Below are positions 62,930 through 64,000 of a DNA stretch of 64,000 nucleotides, piece after piece (the first letter of the stretch is position 1; every line of letters begins with the position of its first letter). Below the pieces are notes generated by a model. That model had not been told where the DNA came from and did not search any database. It saw nothing but the letters and a program-made list of their open reading frames with translations. The stretch spans positions 2,546 through 66,545 of the forward strand of contig JAPUGL010000031.1 of NCBI GenBank assembly GCA_027292775.1, read 5' to 3'. This stretch comes from Gammaproteobacteria bacterium. GTDB taxonomy: Bacteria > Pseudomonadota > Gammaproteobacteria > Steroidobacterales > MnTg04. The translations under genes and the position numbers were made by a program.

Positions 62930-64000
62930 ATGGCGAAAATCGATGCGTTTTTGAAACTCGGCCTGCAGCAAGGCTGTTCCGATATCCACCTCGCAGTCGG
63001 AGTTCCACCGATGCTCAGGCTGCACGGCAATCTGACTCCAATTCGCTTTCGTGATCTCGGTGGCACTGAACTGCAAGGATATGTCGACGAAATCCTGACT
63101 GAAAACCAGCGCGACCGGTTTGAATCGGGAGGCGATATAGATTTTGCATATGTCACCGAAGACGGCGGTCGCTTCCGGGTCAATATTTTTCGCAAGGAAA
63201 CCGGCGTCGGCGCAACTTTCAGACACATACCTGAAGAAGTACCGGCGCTGGACAAGCTTGGACTGCCGCCGATCGTCAAAGAGCTCTGCGACTATCACCA
63301 GGGCATGGTCCTGGTTACCGGTTCGACCGGCACTGGAAAATCGACGACCCTCGCCGCGATGATCGATTACATCAATCGCAATCGCAAACTGAATATCATC
63401 AGCCTGGAGGACCCTATCGAATTTGTCCATGCCAGCAAGAGCTCGCAGGTAATCCAGCGGGAACTGGGTACCCATATACAATCCTTTGCCGATGGCGTCC
63501 GTGCCGCAATGCGCGAGGATCCGGATGTCATTCTGGTCGGTGAACTGCGCGACGAGGAAACCATTTCAATGGCGATGACCGCCGCCGAAACCGGGCATCT
63601 CGTTCTTGGCACCTTGCATACGACCGGAGCCGTAAAAACCATAGACCGTATGATTGACGCGCTGCCAGCCGAGCTTCGCGAACAAACCAAATCGTTTCTG
63701 ACCCAGGGTCTTAACGCTGTGGTCTCACAGGTGCTGGTCAGAACACCGGATTCCAGGGGCCGCAAGGCGATCCTGGAAATCATGATCATGACCCGGGCCA
63801 TCGCCAAACTCATTTCCACAGACCAGACCCACAAAATCCCGTCCCAGTTGCAAACCGGTAAAGACCTGGGAATGCAAAACCTCGATCAGGCCTTGCTCGA
63901 CGCCATTGAAGCCAAGGAGATCGACCCGGATCATGCGGCGACCTTCGCCCAGGACAAATCCTTGTTCAGGCGCTTTATCACCGATACCGGCATTATGCCC
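62930..64000 (+). CDS. pilT: PilT-family type IV pilus retraction-type ATPase (3' end runs off the window)
   Basis: Hand translation from ATG 62930 gives MAKIDAFLKLGLQQGCSDIHL, Walker A LVTGSTGTGKSTT, DPDVILVGELRD and a GHLVLGTLHT His box. It is absent from the ORF track because no stop is reached. Confidence 0.9.
   Translation, partial: MAKIDAFLKLGLQQGCSDIHLAVGVPPMLRLHGNLTPIRFRDLGGTELQGYVDEILTENQRDRFESGGDIDFAYVTEDGGRFRVNIFRKETGVGATFRHIPEEVPALDKLGLPPIVKELCDYHQGMVLVTGSTGTGKSTTLAAMIDYINRNRKLNIISLEDPIEFVHASKSSQVIQRELGTHIQSFADGVRAAMREDPDVILVGELRDEETISMAMTAAETGHLVLGTLHTTGAVKTIDRMIDALPAELREQTKSFLTQGLNAVVSQVLVRTPDSRGRKAILEIMIMTRAIAKLISTDQTHKIPSQLQTGKDLGMQNLDQALLDAIEAKEIDPDHAATFAQDKSLFRRFITDTGIMP

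Noticed and set aside
62780-63481. 233-aa minus-strand ORF listed in the track
   Set aside because: The plus strand here encodes a PilT-family ATPase with Walker A, Asp and His boxes. That gene is missing from the track only because it has no stop within the window.

Overview
This 64-kb window looks like core chromosome from a moderately GC-rich, gammaproteobacterium-like genome. That taxonomic guess rests only on gene content and gene order. I recognise about 60 protein genes, one tRNA-Glu(CUC) and a few hairpins or repeats. I saw no rRNA, CRISPR array, transposase, integrase or phage genes. Several blocks match E. coli/Pseudomonas-type neighbourhoods. On the minus strand: purA, DUF2065, hflC, hflK, hflX, hfq, miaA, mutL, amiB, tsaE and nnr, divergent from queG. 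Also on the minus strand: pcnB, folK, a deoxynucleoside kinase, panB, panC and panD. Other blocks are lptG-lptF divergent from pepA-holC-valS; prfC, rimI, a family-4 UDG, pssA and an ilvC-like gene divergent from proS; arsC-wrbA, DUF2069-hda, a PgsA-like gene and DUF2066 divergent from purM-purN; and dcd-apbC. Many adjacent genes overlap by 4 nt (ATGA or GTGA), which supports the operon calls and several corrected starts. Less conserved material falls in four places: 16.9-18 kb (cNMP-like/GGDEF), 23.1-31.1 kb (redoxin, queD, TPR-methyltransferase, an orphan gene, a secreted protein plus M14 peptidase, RDD), 38.6-43.9 kb (MoxR-DUF58-transglutaminase, MFS) and 60.4-64 kb (HEAT protein, HEAT-Ser/Thr kinase, PilT-like ATPase). 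I did not find a clear new multi-gene system such as a defence island. The most unusual items are: (1) a 153-nt repeat with terminal inverted repeats, present twice in opposite orientation and touching gene ends; (2) an HtrA-fold protein that has lost all three catalytic residues and is start/stop-coupled to an M48 protease; (3) a lone KARI (IlvC) homologue lacking two invariant active-site residues; (4) an M14 carboxypeptidase with a deca-proline and GlyGly-CTERM-like tail, overlapping a secreted helical-repeat gene; (5) a HEAT/kinase gene pair whose junction looks like a broken repeat, next to a PilT-like ATPase. All homology statements come from reading motifs in the translations by eye, with no database search.
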